Shown one piece after another: positions 52,547 through 62,555 of a DNA stretch of 64,000 bases. The stretch covers positions 288,001-352,000 of the forward strand of contig CBFHOE010000002.1 of NCBI GenBank assembly GCA_965657355.1, read 5' to 3'. The notes under the pieces are model-generated. The model was not told where the DNA came from. It worked only from the letters and a program-made list of their open reading frames with translations, and did not search any database. Numbering within the stretch: the first letter of the stretch is position 1; each line of letters starts with the position of its first letter. The position numbers and the translations under genes are program-made. Origin of the DNA: Limisphaerales bacterium. GTDB lineage: Bacteria > Verrucomicrobiota > Verrucomicrobiia > Limisphaerales > JAJOIW01.

Positions 52547-54226
52547 ATGAATAAGGCCAAAAAGAAATATGCACTAGGATTGGATTTCGGCACCTTGTCT
52601 GTTCGGGCATCATTGGTTGATCTAGAGGATGGAACGGAGTTTGGCGCGGCAGTCAATCACTATGCGCATGGCGTTATTGAAAGACATCTGCCAAACAACC
52701 AGATTAAACTCAAAGTGGATTCAGCTCTTCAAAATCCATTGGACTATCTAGAGTCACTCGAAAAAGTGGTCCCACAAGTCATTAATGATACGGGAATTGA
52801 CTCCGAGGATGTCGTCGGAATAGGTGTGGATTTCACTTCTTGCACGATGATGCCTACCTCAGCAGATGGAACTCCATTATGTGCTGATAGAAGGTTTAAA
52901 GATAACCCTCATGCTTGGGCCAAGCTATGGAAGCATCATGCGGCTCAGCCCGAAGCTGATAAAATAAACGAAATTGGAAACGCAAGAAAAGAACCATTTA
53001 TTCAAATTTATGGAGGTAAATATTCCAGTGAGTGGTTCTTCTCAAAGCTACTGGAAACAGTAAACGATGCACCAGATCTCTATGATACCTCAGACACCTT
53101 TATTGAAGCCGGTGATTGGATCGTTTGGCAACTAACAGGCAATGATAAGAGGTCGATTTCGGCGGCGGGATTTAAGTCAATGGTCGTCTACCCATCAGAA
53201 AATGGTGAATGGAATTATCCACCGTCAGATTTTTTCAAAGAATTACACCCTAAATTAGAAAATGTGGTTTCAGACAAACTGGCCGATTCCTTTTTACCAC
53301 TAGGAACTAATGCAGGGGGACTGACAAAAAAGATGGCCAGCATTTTAAACCTGTGTGAAGGAACGGCTGTCGCCGTGGCCAATATAGATGCCCACGTCGC
53401 TGTTCCAGCCTGCAAAGTAGCCAACCCAGGCAAGCTAGTCATGATTATGGGCACCTCGACATGCCACCTTCTTGTATCAAATCAGAGACATATGGTGGAA
53501 GGGATGTGCGGTGTAGTTGAGGATGGAGTCCTCCCCGGTTTCTGGGGATACGAGGCGGGTCAATCTGGAGTCGGAGACTCATTCGCCTGGTTCCTCGAAA
53601 ACGCATACCCGGGAAAAAAGTCCTCCGACTCCGACCGAGAGAGTTTCGAATTTTTATCGCAGAAAGCCAAAGAATTAAAAGTTGGACAGTCCGGATTGTT
53701 GGCTTTGGACTGGTGGAATGGAAATAGGTCTGTCTTGATGGATAGTGATCTATCAGGACTCATAGTTGGATTATCCATAACTTCGCAACCGCACGAAATC
53801 TTCAGAGCACTCATCGAGGCGACTGCTTTTGGCACGAGAAGAATTATCGAAGCATTCACAAATCAGGGAGTAGATATCGACGAAATAATTGCATGTGGGG
53901 GACTCGCCAAAAAAAACCCATTTTTGATGCAAGTTTACGCTGATATCACAGGGCGGATTATTAAAATAGCCTCATCGGAGCAGACGTGCGCATTGGGATC
54001 AGCCATGTTTGGAGCTTTAGCTGCAGGACACTTTAATTCCATCGAAGAGGCTGCAGACAAGATGGCACATCTCCAAAATGACACCTACTCACCAAATCCT
54101 AAAAATATGGAGGTCTACCAAAAACTTTACCATGAGTATTTAAAGCTTCATGATTATTTTGGTCGCCAAGATGATAGTCCAATGAAGCTACTTAAAAATC
54201 TTAGAAGAGAAATGAGTGGTTCTTGA
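52547..54226 (+). CDS. araB: Ribulokinase (FGGY family)
   Basis: GLDFGTLSVRA, GVDFTSCT, KLWKHHAAQ, YGGKYSSEW, IDAH, IMGTSTCH, YEAGQS, LDWWNGNRS, IEATAFG. Confidence 0.9.
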   Translation: MNKAKKKYALGLDFGTLSVRASLVDLEDGTEFGAAVNHYAHGVIERHLPNNQIKLKVDSALQNPLDYLESLEKVVPQVINDTGIDSEDVVGIGVDFTSCTMMPTSADGTPLCADRRFKDNPHAWAKLWKHHAAQPEADKINEIGNARKEPFIQIYGGKYSSEWFFSKLLETVNDAPDLYDTSDTFIEAGDWIVWQLTGNDKRSISAAGFKSMVVYPSENGEWNYPPSDFFKELHPKLENVVSDKLADSFLPLGTNAGGLTKKMASILNLCEGTAVAVANIDAHVAVPACKVANPGKLVMIMGTSTCHLLVSNQRHMVEGMCGVVEDGVLPGFWGYEAGQSGVGDSFAWFLENAYPGKKSSDSDRESFEFLSQKAKELKVGQSGLLALDWWNGNRSVLMDSDLSGLIVGLSITSQPHEIFRALIEATAFGTRRIIEAFTNQGVDIDEIIACGGLAKKNPFLMQVYADITGRIIKIASSEQTCALGSAMFGALAAGHFNSIEEAADKMAHLQNDTYSPNPKNMEVYQKLYHEYLKLHDYFGRQDDSPMKLLKNLRREMSGS

Positions 54227-54234
54227 AGCCATCC

Positions 54235-56340
54235 TTATTCTAAAGAGATAATAAAAAAGTTCGCCCTTTCGTTATTCTCCATAGGAATATTAACGGCGTA
54301 GTTTTCTTCATTAATATTGGTAATGGTAGCTCCGTTGACCAAGGTCGTAAAAGACCCTGCAACATCTTTGCTAGAGCTCACCCTCAAGTCGAGCTCACCA
54401 GTGACACCCTCTTCAATACGGATTCGGATTTGCAAAGTTTGAGGATTTATTACTTCGACACCAAGGTATTCAAAGGCGATTTTGCCACCGTCAGATTGAT
54501 CAACACTCTCAGCAATGGCTTGAACTCTCCATTCCTGCCCCCATGGTAATTTATTATCCCCCAATATCGGCCGTGAGATAACTGCATAACTTCCAACAGA
54601 CTGAGGCCTTACTGAAAACGATGCAGTTGGATCTGCTGAGGAACCGGACGCCTCGAGGATATATTTTTCGCTTCCGGCAAGCTGGATTTCGTCTATATAC
54701 CATCCAAGCCCATTCGGATCAGGATTTCCAATACCATGGAAAAAAGACCCACCCTGAAAGTCATAAGAAAAACGAAGGTTCACTGCTTTTCCTGCATATT
54801 CTGAAAGAGGAAGGTTAACTAGAGTGAAGCTCGAATCTCCGGCACCACCATCTCCTGCGTCCACCCAAATTGATTGCCAAACCCTACTACCTAGTTCACG
54901 AATATCCACAGAGGCAATTTGGGTCGTATTTGCGAAAGCATGCTTTGATTTGAAAGAAAGCGAGGAGCTCTCCGACAGAAAAAAAACATCTTCCCAAATC
55001 AGTTTTTGATGAATTGGTGGATTAGTATTATGAAAAAGATGAAAGCTTTTTGCTCCCTCGGAAGCTGCTTTGGACGTGATAATGTTGAATCCATCGGATG
55101 TATCCTGTTCAAAGGGGACAACGCCCGATTCTGCTCCCTCCTGAAACAATCCAGTTACGACTTTGCTCAACTCCCAATCATAACCATTAATACCGAAAAC
55201 TTGGGAAGAGAAAAGAGTTACATCATGTAATGTTGAAAGATTTTCAGGTCCGCGAATTTCGGTTCCAGAATAGGGTAAGATTAGATCAACTTTTTTATTC
55301 ACCCCGGTTACTACAGGGCCACTCGGAATTTCAAGCGTTTGGTAATCATCGGTAAATATTACAGTATACTGACTAGCATCTTCAGATGGTATGGCATATC
55401 CGCCTGATTGGGCAGCCTGGGTAAAGAATGTACCCTGTGCGGTTGCGACCCTCAGACCAGGTATTTCTTCTCCTTTATCATAGAAGGAATTCTCGTTGAG
55501 ATCATAATAAGCGACACCAGTAATAAAAGAGGTTTCATTGAAATCTTTGGCAAACACTTGAGTAACAAGCTGAGGGCCAACATCTCTGCGAATAGGGTCA
55601 CCATCATTAAGTTTGTCTTTGGAGCCATTGATTACAGAGACTCCGATTTCATTAAAATTGCCAGAGTGGATCGTTAGTCGATGACCAGGCGGGTTTTGAA
55701 TCCCTCCCTCGCCCCAATCTATTTGAAATCCAGCATGCCCATAAAAATTGGATTTTGAAGTCGAGAAGACATTTTCTCCGAATGTCTGCCAGGTGTATCC
55801 TGCAGCAGTGATCCTATCCCCTGCATTTTCACCGTTGGCATTGACGTGCCCTTGGTAAGTATTCTCGAACATATCCATGGTATGGATCTCAGCTCCAGCA
55901 CGAATTTTGGGATTTGGGGCTAGCGGTGGCGCCGGTTCAAATGTTTGGAAACCATTTATTTCATCAGAAAATAGTTCATTCAGGTCGGTATTGAAGAAAT
56001 TTAGAGCGGATAAAACCTCGGGGTCTGCGACTAATTGCAACCGTTTCCCCTCAGCGTTGGGATCCTTTCGGGCTCGATTAATATATTCAATGTATTGCTG
56101 CTCATCAGGAGTAATCTCTCCGGTCTCATAAAATTGAGTATTAGCTTGCCTGGTCGGGGGTATTAAACCTAAGTCTGAGCCTTCGCTTTCCCGAATAGGA
56201 AATGCCTCTGGGTTGGGTTCTGGAAAACCTATTTCGTCGAGATCCTCAGCTGTTGAGGCCAAACAAGGGGACAACAGAACCATTAACAGGGAAAGATAGG
56301 AAAGCTTCTTTGATAATTCCACGTATACTGAATAAATCAT
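54235..56340 (-). CDS. Secreted CAP (SCP) domain multidomain protein
   Basis: Signal peptide, EQQYIEYINRAR, GENV, GHRLTI..NFNEIGV, VTQVF; then ITGVAYYDLNENSFYDKGE, a jelly-roll-like domain ending GWYIDEI, and a C-terminal beta-rich domain. Confidence 0.8.
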   Translation of the reverse strand: MIYSVYVELSKKLSYLSLLMVLLSPCLASTAEDLDEIGFPEPNPEAFPIRESEGSDLGLIPPTRQANTQFYETGEITPDEQQYIEYINRARKDPNAEGKRLQLVADPEVLSALNFFNTDLNELFSDEINGFQTFEPAPPLAPNPKIRAGAEIHTMDMFENTYQGHVNANGENAGDRITAAGYTWQTFGENVFSTSKSNFYGHAGFQIDWGEGGIQNPPGHRLTIHSGNFNEIGVSVINGSKDKLNDGDPIRRDVGPQLVTQVFAKDFNETSFITGVAYYDLNENSFYDKGEEIPGLRVATAQGTFFTQAAQSGGYAIPSEDASQYTVIFTDDYQTLEIPSGPVVTGVNKKVDLILPYSGTEIRGPENLSTLHDVTLFSSQVFGINGYDWELSKVVTGLFQEGAESGVVPFEQDTSDGFNIITSKAASEGAKSFHLFHNTNPPIHQKLIWEDVFFLSESSSLSFKSKHAFANTTQIASVDIRELGSRVWQSIWVDAGDGGAGDSSFTLVNLPLSEYAGKAVNLRFSYDFQGGSFFHGIGNPDPNGLGWYIDEIQLAGSEKYILEASGSSADPTASFSVRPQSVGSYAVISRPILGDNKLPWGQEWRVQAIAESVDQSDGGKIAFEYLGVEVINPQTLQIRIRIEEGVTGELDLRVSSSKDVAGSFTTLVNGATITNINEENYAVNIPMENNERANFFIISLE

Positions 56341-56398
56341 AATACCGAAAATGCTAGATTACTTGTTGAATATGAGATCGCAGATTGCAAATGACTCA

Positions 56399-56427
56399 AT
56401 TGTAAACCAAAAAAAAAAAAATTGCAC
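56399..56427 (-). promoter_or_regulatory. Candidate promoter of the CAP-domain gene with a T13 homopolymer in the -35/-10 spacer
   Basis: Minus strand GTGCAA-(T13 GGTT, 17 nt)-TACAAT, ending 58 nt upstream of the start codon. Confidence 0.5.
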
Positions 56428-56641
56428 ATTGGACCACATTCTTTTTTCGGTCCAATTTGAAAAATCTTGATTCAATTAGATCTGGAATCATTTCTATTCT
56501 GCATACTGTCACTGCAGAAGTCTGAATATTTTTCTAAAAAGTGGGTGTAAAGTTTCTAATATCTCCCCGGCGCCTGGAGGACAAAGTGATTGCAATAATC
56601 TGTGAAAACAGTAGAAATCTGGTTCTTTTACAGCTTTAGGC

Positions 56642-58210
56642 ATGAGCACAGAAAGTGGAATAATTGAATTATACGACACCACTCTTAGAGATGGGAGTCA
56701 GGGAGAAGGAGTTAATTTCTCGGTAGCGGATAAATTGAGAGTCGCGGAAAAACTCGATCAATTCGGGGTCAACTATATTGAGGGCGGATGGCCGGGCTCC
56801 AACCCAAAAGATGTAGAATTCTTTAAACAAGTGCACGATCGAGATATAAAGAACGCCAAAATTGCGGCATTTGGTTCAACAAGAAGAAAAGATTGTGGTG
56901 TAGAAGATGACCCTCAAGTCAGACTTCTACTGGAAGCACAAACACCAGTCGTCACCATATTTGGAAAATCCTGGATTCTACATGTTGAGGAAATCATAAA
57001 AACCACCCCCGAGGAAAACCTGAAAATGATTGGTGATACAGTTAGGTTCTTAAAAGAGAACGGTGTTCAGGTCATTTATGATGGGGAGCACGCATTTGAT
57101 GGATACAAGAACAATGCGGAATATGCGCTCGCAACATTTAAGGCGGCTGCTGATGCTGGGGCCGATTTTGTGGTATTGTGTGATACCAATGGAGGGTGCC
57201 TTCCAAGTGAAATCCAAGAAATCACCCGAGAAACTTTGAAAACCATATCATGCCCTGTTGGAATCCACACTCATGACGATTGTGGGCTAGGTGTGGCGAA
57301 TGCGATGGCATCAATAGAAGCTGGAGCAACGCATATTCAAGGGACAATAAATGGCTACGGAGAAAGAACTGGGAATTGCAACCTCACTTCAGCCATTCCG
57401 AATATCGTCTTCAAAATGAGAAAGCGATCGATTTCAGAAAAGGCCCTAAAAAACCTCCGAGATATTTCAAATTTCGTCGATGAAATTGCGAATATTAGGC
57501 ATAACCCAAGGCAACCATGGGTTGGTTCCACTGCCTTTGCTCATAAAGGTGGAATGCACGTCAATGCAGTCAGCAAAGTCCCTCATAGTTTTGAGCACGT
57601 AAATCCAGAGATTGTAGGTAATGAAAGGCGCATTTTGGTCAGTGATCTCTCTGGAAGAAGTAATATCTTTATCAAAGCCAAAGAGCTAGGTTTTGAAATC
57701 GATAACGCCACAACAGAATTGAAAGAGATTCTCGATACTGTAAAACAATACGAGCATGATGGGTATGAGTACGAGGCGGCTGAAGCATCACTAAAACTCC
57801 TAATACAAAAAATACTACAACACAGAGATCAACCTTTCCAAATACTGGGATATCATGTCTCTATGAGAAGAGATAAGGGACACTCAGTTTGTCAGGCTAC
57901 TATTAAAGTCCAAGTTAATGGTGAAATTGCCCACACCGTCGCTGAGGGAGATGGCCCGGTGAATGCCCTCGACGAAGCCCTAAGGATGGCTCTTTCCAAA
58001 TTCTTCGACAAAGTTAAATCGATCCAATTAATAGACTATAAAGTTAGAATCCTTGGCGGCAGAGAAGGCACAGCGGCGAAGACAAGGGTTCTTATTGAAT
58101 CTTCTGACGGCCACTCTGAATGGGGAACAGTCGGGGCTAGCGAAAACATTATTGAAGCAAGTCTTCAGGCTCTCACCGATAGTATGGAATATGCGCTCCT
58201 CAATTCATAA
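56642..58210 (+). CDS. cimA: Citramalate synthase (DRE-TIM family, LeuA-like regulatory domain)
   Basis: YDTTLRDGSQGEG, IEGGWPGSNPKD, AAFGSTRR, HTHDD, GYGERTGNCNL, AFAHKGGMH, GDGPVNALD, DYKVRI. Confidence 0.9.
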   Translation: MSTESGIIELYDTTLRDGSQGEGVNFSVADKLRVAEKLDQFGVNYIEGGWPGSNPKDVEFFKQVHDRDIKNAKIAAFGSTRRKDCGVEDDPQVRLLLEAQTPVVTIFGKSWILHVEEIIKTTPEENLKMIGDTVRFLKENGVQVIYDGEHAFDGYKNNAEYALATFKAAADAGADFVVLCDTNGGCLPSEIQEITRETLKTISCPVGIHTHDDCGLGVANAMASIEAGATHIQGTINGYGERTGNCNLTSAIPNIVFKMRKRSISEKALKNLRDISNFVDEIANIRHNPRQPWVGSTAFAHKGGMHVNAVSKVPHSFEHVNPEIVGNERRILVSDLSGRSNIFIKAKELGFEIDNATTELKEILDTVKQYEHDGYEYEAAEASLKLLIQKILQHRDQPFQILGYHVSMRRDKGHSVCQATIKVQVNGEIAHTVAEGDGPVNALDEALRMALSKFFDKVKSIQLIDYKVRILGGREGTAAKTRVLIESSDGHSEWGTVGASENIIEASLQALTDSMEYALLNS

Positions 58211-58259
58211 AAAATTTAAATTCCTTATTTATTACAACAAATAGATTTATTTATAAAGA

Positions 58260-60905
58260 ATGTCCGAATTACCAAAGACTTACGAAACAAACAACATCGA
58301 GGCTAAATGGTATGAGTATTGGGTAGCCAACGAATGTTTCAAGGCGGACCCGGACTCGGAAAAACCGCCCTACTCTATAGTCATTCCGCCACCTAACGTG
58401 ACAGGCATTCTCCACCTCGGTCATGTTTTAAACAATACCATACAGGACATCCTATCAAGAAAAGCGAGAATGGATGGCCTAGAGGTTCTCTGGCTCCCCG
58501 GAACAGATCATGCAGGAATAGCAACCCAGGTCGTCGTTGAAAAAAAATTAAAGAAAGAAGAAAAAAAATCTAGGCATGATCTAGGAAAAGAAGCTTTTGT
58601 TCAAAGGGTTTGGAAATGGAAAGAAAAACATGGTGGGATCATTATTGAGCAGCTCAAAAAACTGGGCTGCTCCTGTGACTGGTCTCGCGAGAGATTCACC
58701 ATGGATGAAGATTACTCAAAGGTCGTTACAGAAACTTTCATTGACCTCTATAATAAAGGGTTAATCTATCGCGGAAAACGCATGGTCAATTGGTGTCCTG
58801 TTTCTCTTACCGCTTTAAGTGATGAAGAGGTAATAATGAAACCTCAAAATGGGATATTGTATCATTTTAAAGTTAAAATAAAAGATGAGGATCGCTATTT
58901 AAATATTGCGACAACACGACCTGAAACAATCCCTGGTGATACCGCCATTGCTGTAAATCCTAAGGATGAAAGGTATGCTGATTTAATTGGAAAATCTGTA
59001 ATTCGCCCTTTGCCTATTGAGCAACCAGAGTCTGAAAGATATATCCCAATAGTAGGCGACGACGCTGTTGATTTTGAATTTGGAACGGGAGTCCTCAAGG
59101 TGACACCAGCACACGATAAAGTTGACTTTGAAATAGGCGAAAAACACAAGCTCAAGATTATTGATGTCCTCAATCCAGATGGCACTGTTAATGACCACGG
59201 CGGCAAGGATCTCAAAGGTCTTGATAGGTTCAAGGCTCGAAAAAAAGCTGCGGAAATGTTGGATGAAATGGGCTTGCTTGTTGAAGAAGAAAAATACAGC
59301 AACAGTGTTGGTTTCAGTGAAAGAGCAGATGTCCCGATCGAACCACGACTCTCAGAACAGTGGTTCTTGAAATATCCAAGTGCCGAAAAAGCGAGAAATG
59401 TTGCACTCTCTGGAGAATTGAAGTTCTTTCCCGAAAGGTGGGCCAAAGTTTATGATCACTGGTTGGAAAACATAAGAGATTGGTGCATAAGCCGCCAATT
59501 GTGGTGGGGACACAGAATCCCCGTCTGGTATGACCAATCAGGGGAGATCAAATGCCAGGCTGAATCTCCAGGTGAAGGATGGACCCAGGACCCTGATGTT
59601 TTGGATACCTGGTTTTCGTCTTGGTTATGGCCATTTGCCACGATGGATAAAAAAACACTTGAGAAATTCTACCCGACGACAGTTCTCGTCACCGCTCCTG
59701 AGATATTATTCTTCTGGGTCGCGAGGATGATTATGTCGGGCTTTGAGTATAAGGGAGAAAAACCATTTCGTGATGTTTATCTTACTGGGATCGTCAGGGA
59801 TAAACAGGGCCGCAAAATGTCTAAGAGTCTCGGCAATTCCCCAGACCCTCTCGATCTCATTTCAAAATACGGAGCAGACGCTCTCAGATTCGGAGTCATG
59901 AGGTCGGCACCATTAGGTCAGGATCTTCGCTTCGATGAGAAACAAGTCGAATTGGGCAGGAACTTCTGCACAAAACTTTGGAATGGATGCCGCTTTCGTC
60001 AAATGCAGGGAGGTGGATTTGAAGGAGAGATCCGCCCAGAATTACTAACAGCTTCAGACAAATGGATTCTCTTGCGCTTAGATAACGCTATCAGGAATCT
60101 TGATGCCGCTTACGAAGAATACAATTTCGTAGAAATAACCAACGCTCTGTATTCCTTTTTTTGGACGGAATATTGTGATTGGTATTTGGAATCTGCTAAA
60201 GCTGCCTTTTATGGTGATGACGAAGCTATAAAAACAAACACACTGGCGGTCATGGATTTTATCCTTTCGCATATTTTAAGAATTTTCCACCCTTTCCTTC
60301 CTTTCATTACTGAAGAATTGTGGCATGGAATGGGATTTAAAAATGATCTCCCCGAGAGTCAAGGAGGTAAAACTATTATGTTGTCTCATTGGCCAAAGCC
60401 GTTTGACGATCAGTTTAAGGATTTTTATGCACTTGATGAATCTGATGAGGCTTTACAAGATTCTAGACATGAACTGGTTGGGCAAGGGAGAAGCCTGAAG
60501 AGCACCTACAATATCCCATCAAATAAAAAGGCAAAGTTTATATACAAGCCAAATGCTCCGATTTCTGATTATGAAAAATCTGTTTTAAGAATTCTATTAA
60601 ATGCAGAGCCACTTGAAGTGGATTTGAATTACGTGGCTCCAAAAGGAGTACCTTCAACTGTTTGCAACGCCGGTGAATTATTCCTACCGCTCGAAGGTTT
60701 GATTGACTTTGAAGAAGAAAAGAAACGCTTGGAGAAAGAACTGGAAAAAATCCAAAAGGAGATTGATAAAGTGAATAATAAATTATCGAATCCTAATTTC
60801 ATCGAAAAAGCGCCAGAAGAGAAAGTCAACGAACAAAAAGACAGACTCAGTGACTTTAAAATGAGAATAGAACATCTTTCCAAAGCCCTCGAAAATTTGA
60901 AGTGA
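58260..60905 (+). CDS. valS: Valine--tRNA ligase
   Basis: PPPNVTGILHLGH (HIGH), GTDHAGIATQ, TTRPET, DWCISRQLWWGH, KMSKS, C-terminal coiled coil. Confidence 0.98.
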   Translation: MSELPKTYETNNIEAKWYEYWVANECFKADPDSEKPPYSIVIPPPNVTGILHLGHVLNNTIQDILSRKARMDGLEVLWLPGTDHAGIATQVVVEKKLKKEEKKSRHDLGKEAFVQRVWKWKEKHGGIIIEQLKKLGCSCDWSRERFTMDEDYSKVVTETFIDLYNKGLIYRGKRMVNWCPVSLTALSDEEVIMKPQNGILYHFKVKIKDEDRYLNIATTRPETIPGDTAIAVNPKDERYADLIGKSVIRPLPIEQPESERYIPIVGDDAVDFEFGTGVLKVTPAHDKVDFEIGEKHKLKIIDVLNPDGTVNDHGGKDLKGLDRFKARKKAAEMLDEMGLLVEEEKYSNSVGFSERADVPIEPRLSEQWFLKYPSAEKARNVALSGELKFFPERWAKVYDHWLENIRDWCISRQLWWGHRIPVWYDQSGEIKCQAESPGEGWTQDPDVLDTWFSSWLWPFATMDKKTLEKFYPTTVLVTAPEILFFWVARMIMSGFEYKGEKPFRDVYLTGIVRDKQGRKMSKSLGNSPDPLDLISKYGADALRFGVMRSAPLGQDLRFDEKQVELGRNFCTKLWNGCRFRQMQGGGFEGEIRPELLTASDKWILLRLDNAIRNLDAAYEEYNFVEITNALYSFFWTEYCDWYLESAKAAFYGDDEAIKTNTLAVMDFILSHILRIFHPFLPFITEELWHGMGFKNDLPESQGGKTIMLSHWPKPFDDQFKDFYALDESDEALQDSRHELVGQGRSLKSTYNIPSNKKAKFIYKPNAPISDYEKSVLRILLNAEPLEVDLNYVAPKGVPSTVCNAGELFLPLEGLIDFEEEKKRLEKELEKIQKEIDKVNNKLSNPNFIEKAPEEKVNEQKDRLSDFKMRIEHLSKALENLK

Positions 60906-60957
60906 TTCCCATGAAAGCGCTCCAAATTCGAAAAGCAAAAGAAGCAAAAATTCACAA

Positions 60958-61776
60958 ATGAATAAAAGTCAAATCAAGGCAGCCTTATCAGTCACTGAAG
61001 GAGCGGTATTGAAGGCTGGCGAAATCATGTATAAAAACTTCAGGAAATCAAAAGTAATAAATGAGGTTTCACGACATGATATAAAACTTGAACTAGACGT
61101 TCTATGCCAAAAAGCCATTGAAAAGCATCTTGCCAAATCATATCCCAGCTTTGCCGTGTTGGGAGAGGAGGGAACGTCAGGAGACATAAATTCTGAATAC
61201 CGATGGGTTGTGGACCCAATTGATGGCACTGTTAATTTCACTTACGATATCCCCCATGCTAATTCAACTATTGCTCTTCAAAAAAGAATATCCGATGGGG
61301 CAGAATTCCCCGACCAAAATTATCAAACTATTATAGGCGTTGTATTCGACCCATTCACCAAAGAATTATGGACAGCAACAAAAGGAGGTCCATCAAAATT
61401 AAATGGTGAGCGCATTAATGTTAGTAAAAGAACTTTGCGTGAATCCATTATCACTATGGGTTTTTCCAAAAGCCAAAAAAATATCTCACGCATGATTCCC
61501 GTGTTTGAGAATCTTTCGCAAAGAGTGCGAAAAGTTAGAATGATGGGAGCCGCAGCTTTGTCCTTAGCTTATATAGCGTCAGGGCGATTCGATGCTTATA
61601 TGGAAACGGGCATCAGGCTATGGGATATTGCGGCTGGCGGTTTAATTTTAGAGGAAGCCGGCGGTGATTTTTGTCATATCCCAATCAATAAAAACCATAC
61701 CTACCGGCTCATTGCAAATAACGGAACCATATCGAAATCACTAAAAAAATATTTCCCTGAAAAACCAGAAAGTTAG
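60958..61776 (+). CDS. Inositol monophosphatase family protein (SuhB-like)
   Basis: LGEE, WVVDPIDGTVNF, WDIAAG. Confidence 0.9.
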   Translation: MNKSQIKAALSVTEGAVLKAGEIMYKNFRKSKVINEVSRHDIKLELDVLCQKAIEKHLAKSYPSFAVLGEEGTSGDINSEYRWVVDPIDGTVNFTYDIPHANSTIALQKRISDGAEFPDQNYQTIIGVVFDPFTKELWTATKGGPSKLNGERINVSKRTLRESIITMGFSKSQKNISRMIPVFENLSQRVRKVRMMGAAALSLAYIASGRFDAYMETGIRLWDIAAGGLILEEAGGDFCHIPINKNHTYRLIANNGTISKSLKKYFPEKPES

Positions 61777-62555
61777 ATCTCACCAAGATGATACGAAAGA
61801 AGGCTCACTGAGAGGATTCAAAAACAGCGTCTTAGATTATATAAGCTAGTATTCCCAAATCGTTGTGAGTGATCTTATTCAGGCAATCTTCCCTTGCTTC
61901 CTCTAAACCCTCAAATTGTATTTTAATCCTGATCCTGCAAGATCATGAATGTGTTATCCTGGACTACTGTAGGACTTCCCTAGCACCTCTATTATTGAGA
62001 TCAATAATTGATCGGAACGTTTTCCTTTCATGAGATTTCTTATTAAGAAGATTTCGAAAGCACGATGAAGTTGATTATTTGCCAGTCTTTCGCCAGTTAA
62101 TTTAGCTCTTGGATTGATTGTTGTGTCATGATCAAACAACAGTTTTCCATGTTGATGGAATTTATATGAGAGATTGAATAGTTCTTTTCTTATCTATCCA
62201 TAAATGAGTTTTCGATTTGTATCCCTATGATCTTGAGTTTCATGTTTTTGTTCTGGGAATTCTCTTTTTAAGAGGTTTTTCATGATTAGACCTTTCTTTT
62301 GAAGGATTATGATTTATCGATCTTGTGAATTAACTTGGAGAGGAATTAAAACAGATGGCTGATTAGAGTGATGAGTTCTCAGTGATTTAGGTAAGCCTGG
62401 ATTATTATGGACCTAGATCTATTATGGGGACCTATCCACTGACTATAAAGATCTGACTTCCCCCAGTTCTTTGGTGCTCAATAAGTGATACACCAAACTC
62501 AGAGTGAACATATCCAGCATCAAGCTCAATGACCCCACACAATCCCTGGGGCAAT

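Noticed and set aside
56520..56641. Riboswitch, T-box or sigma54 promoter upstream of cimA
   Set aside because: No T-box consensus or terminator is present; the GG...GC spacing is 11 nt rather than the required 10.
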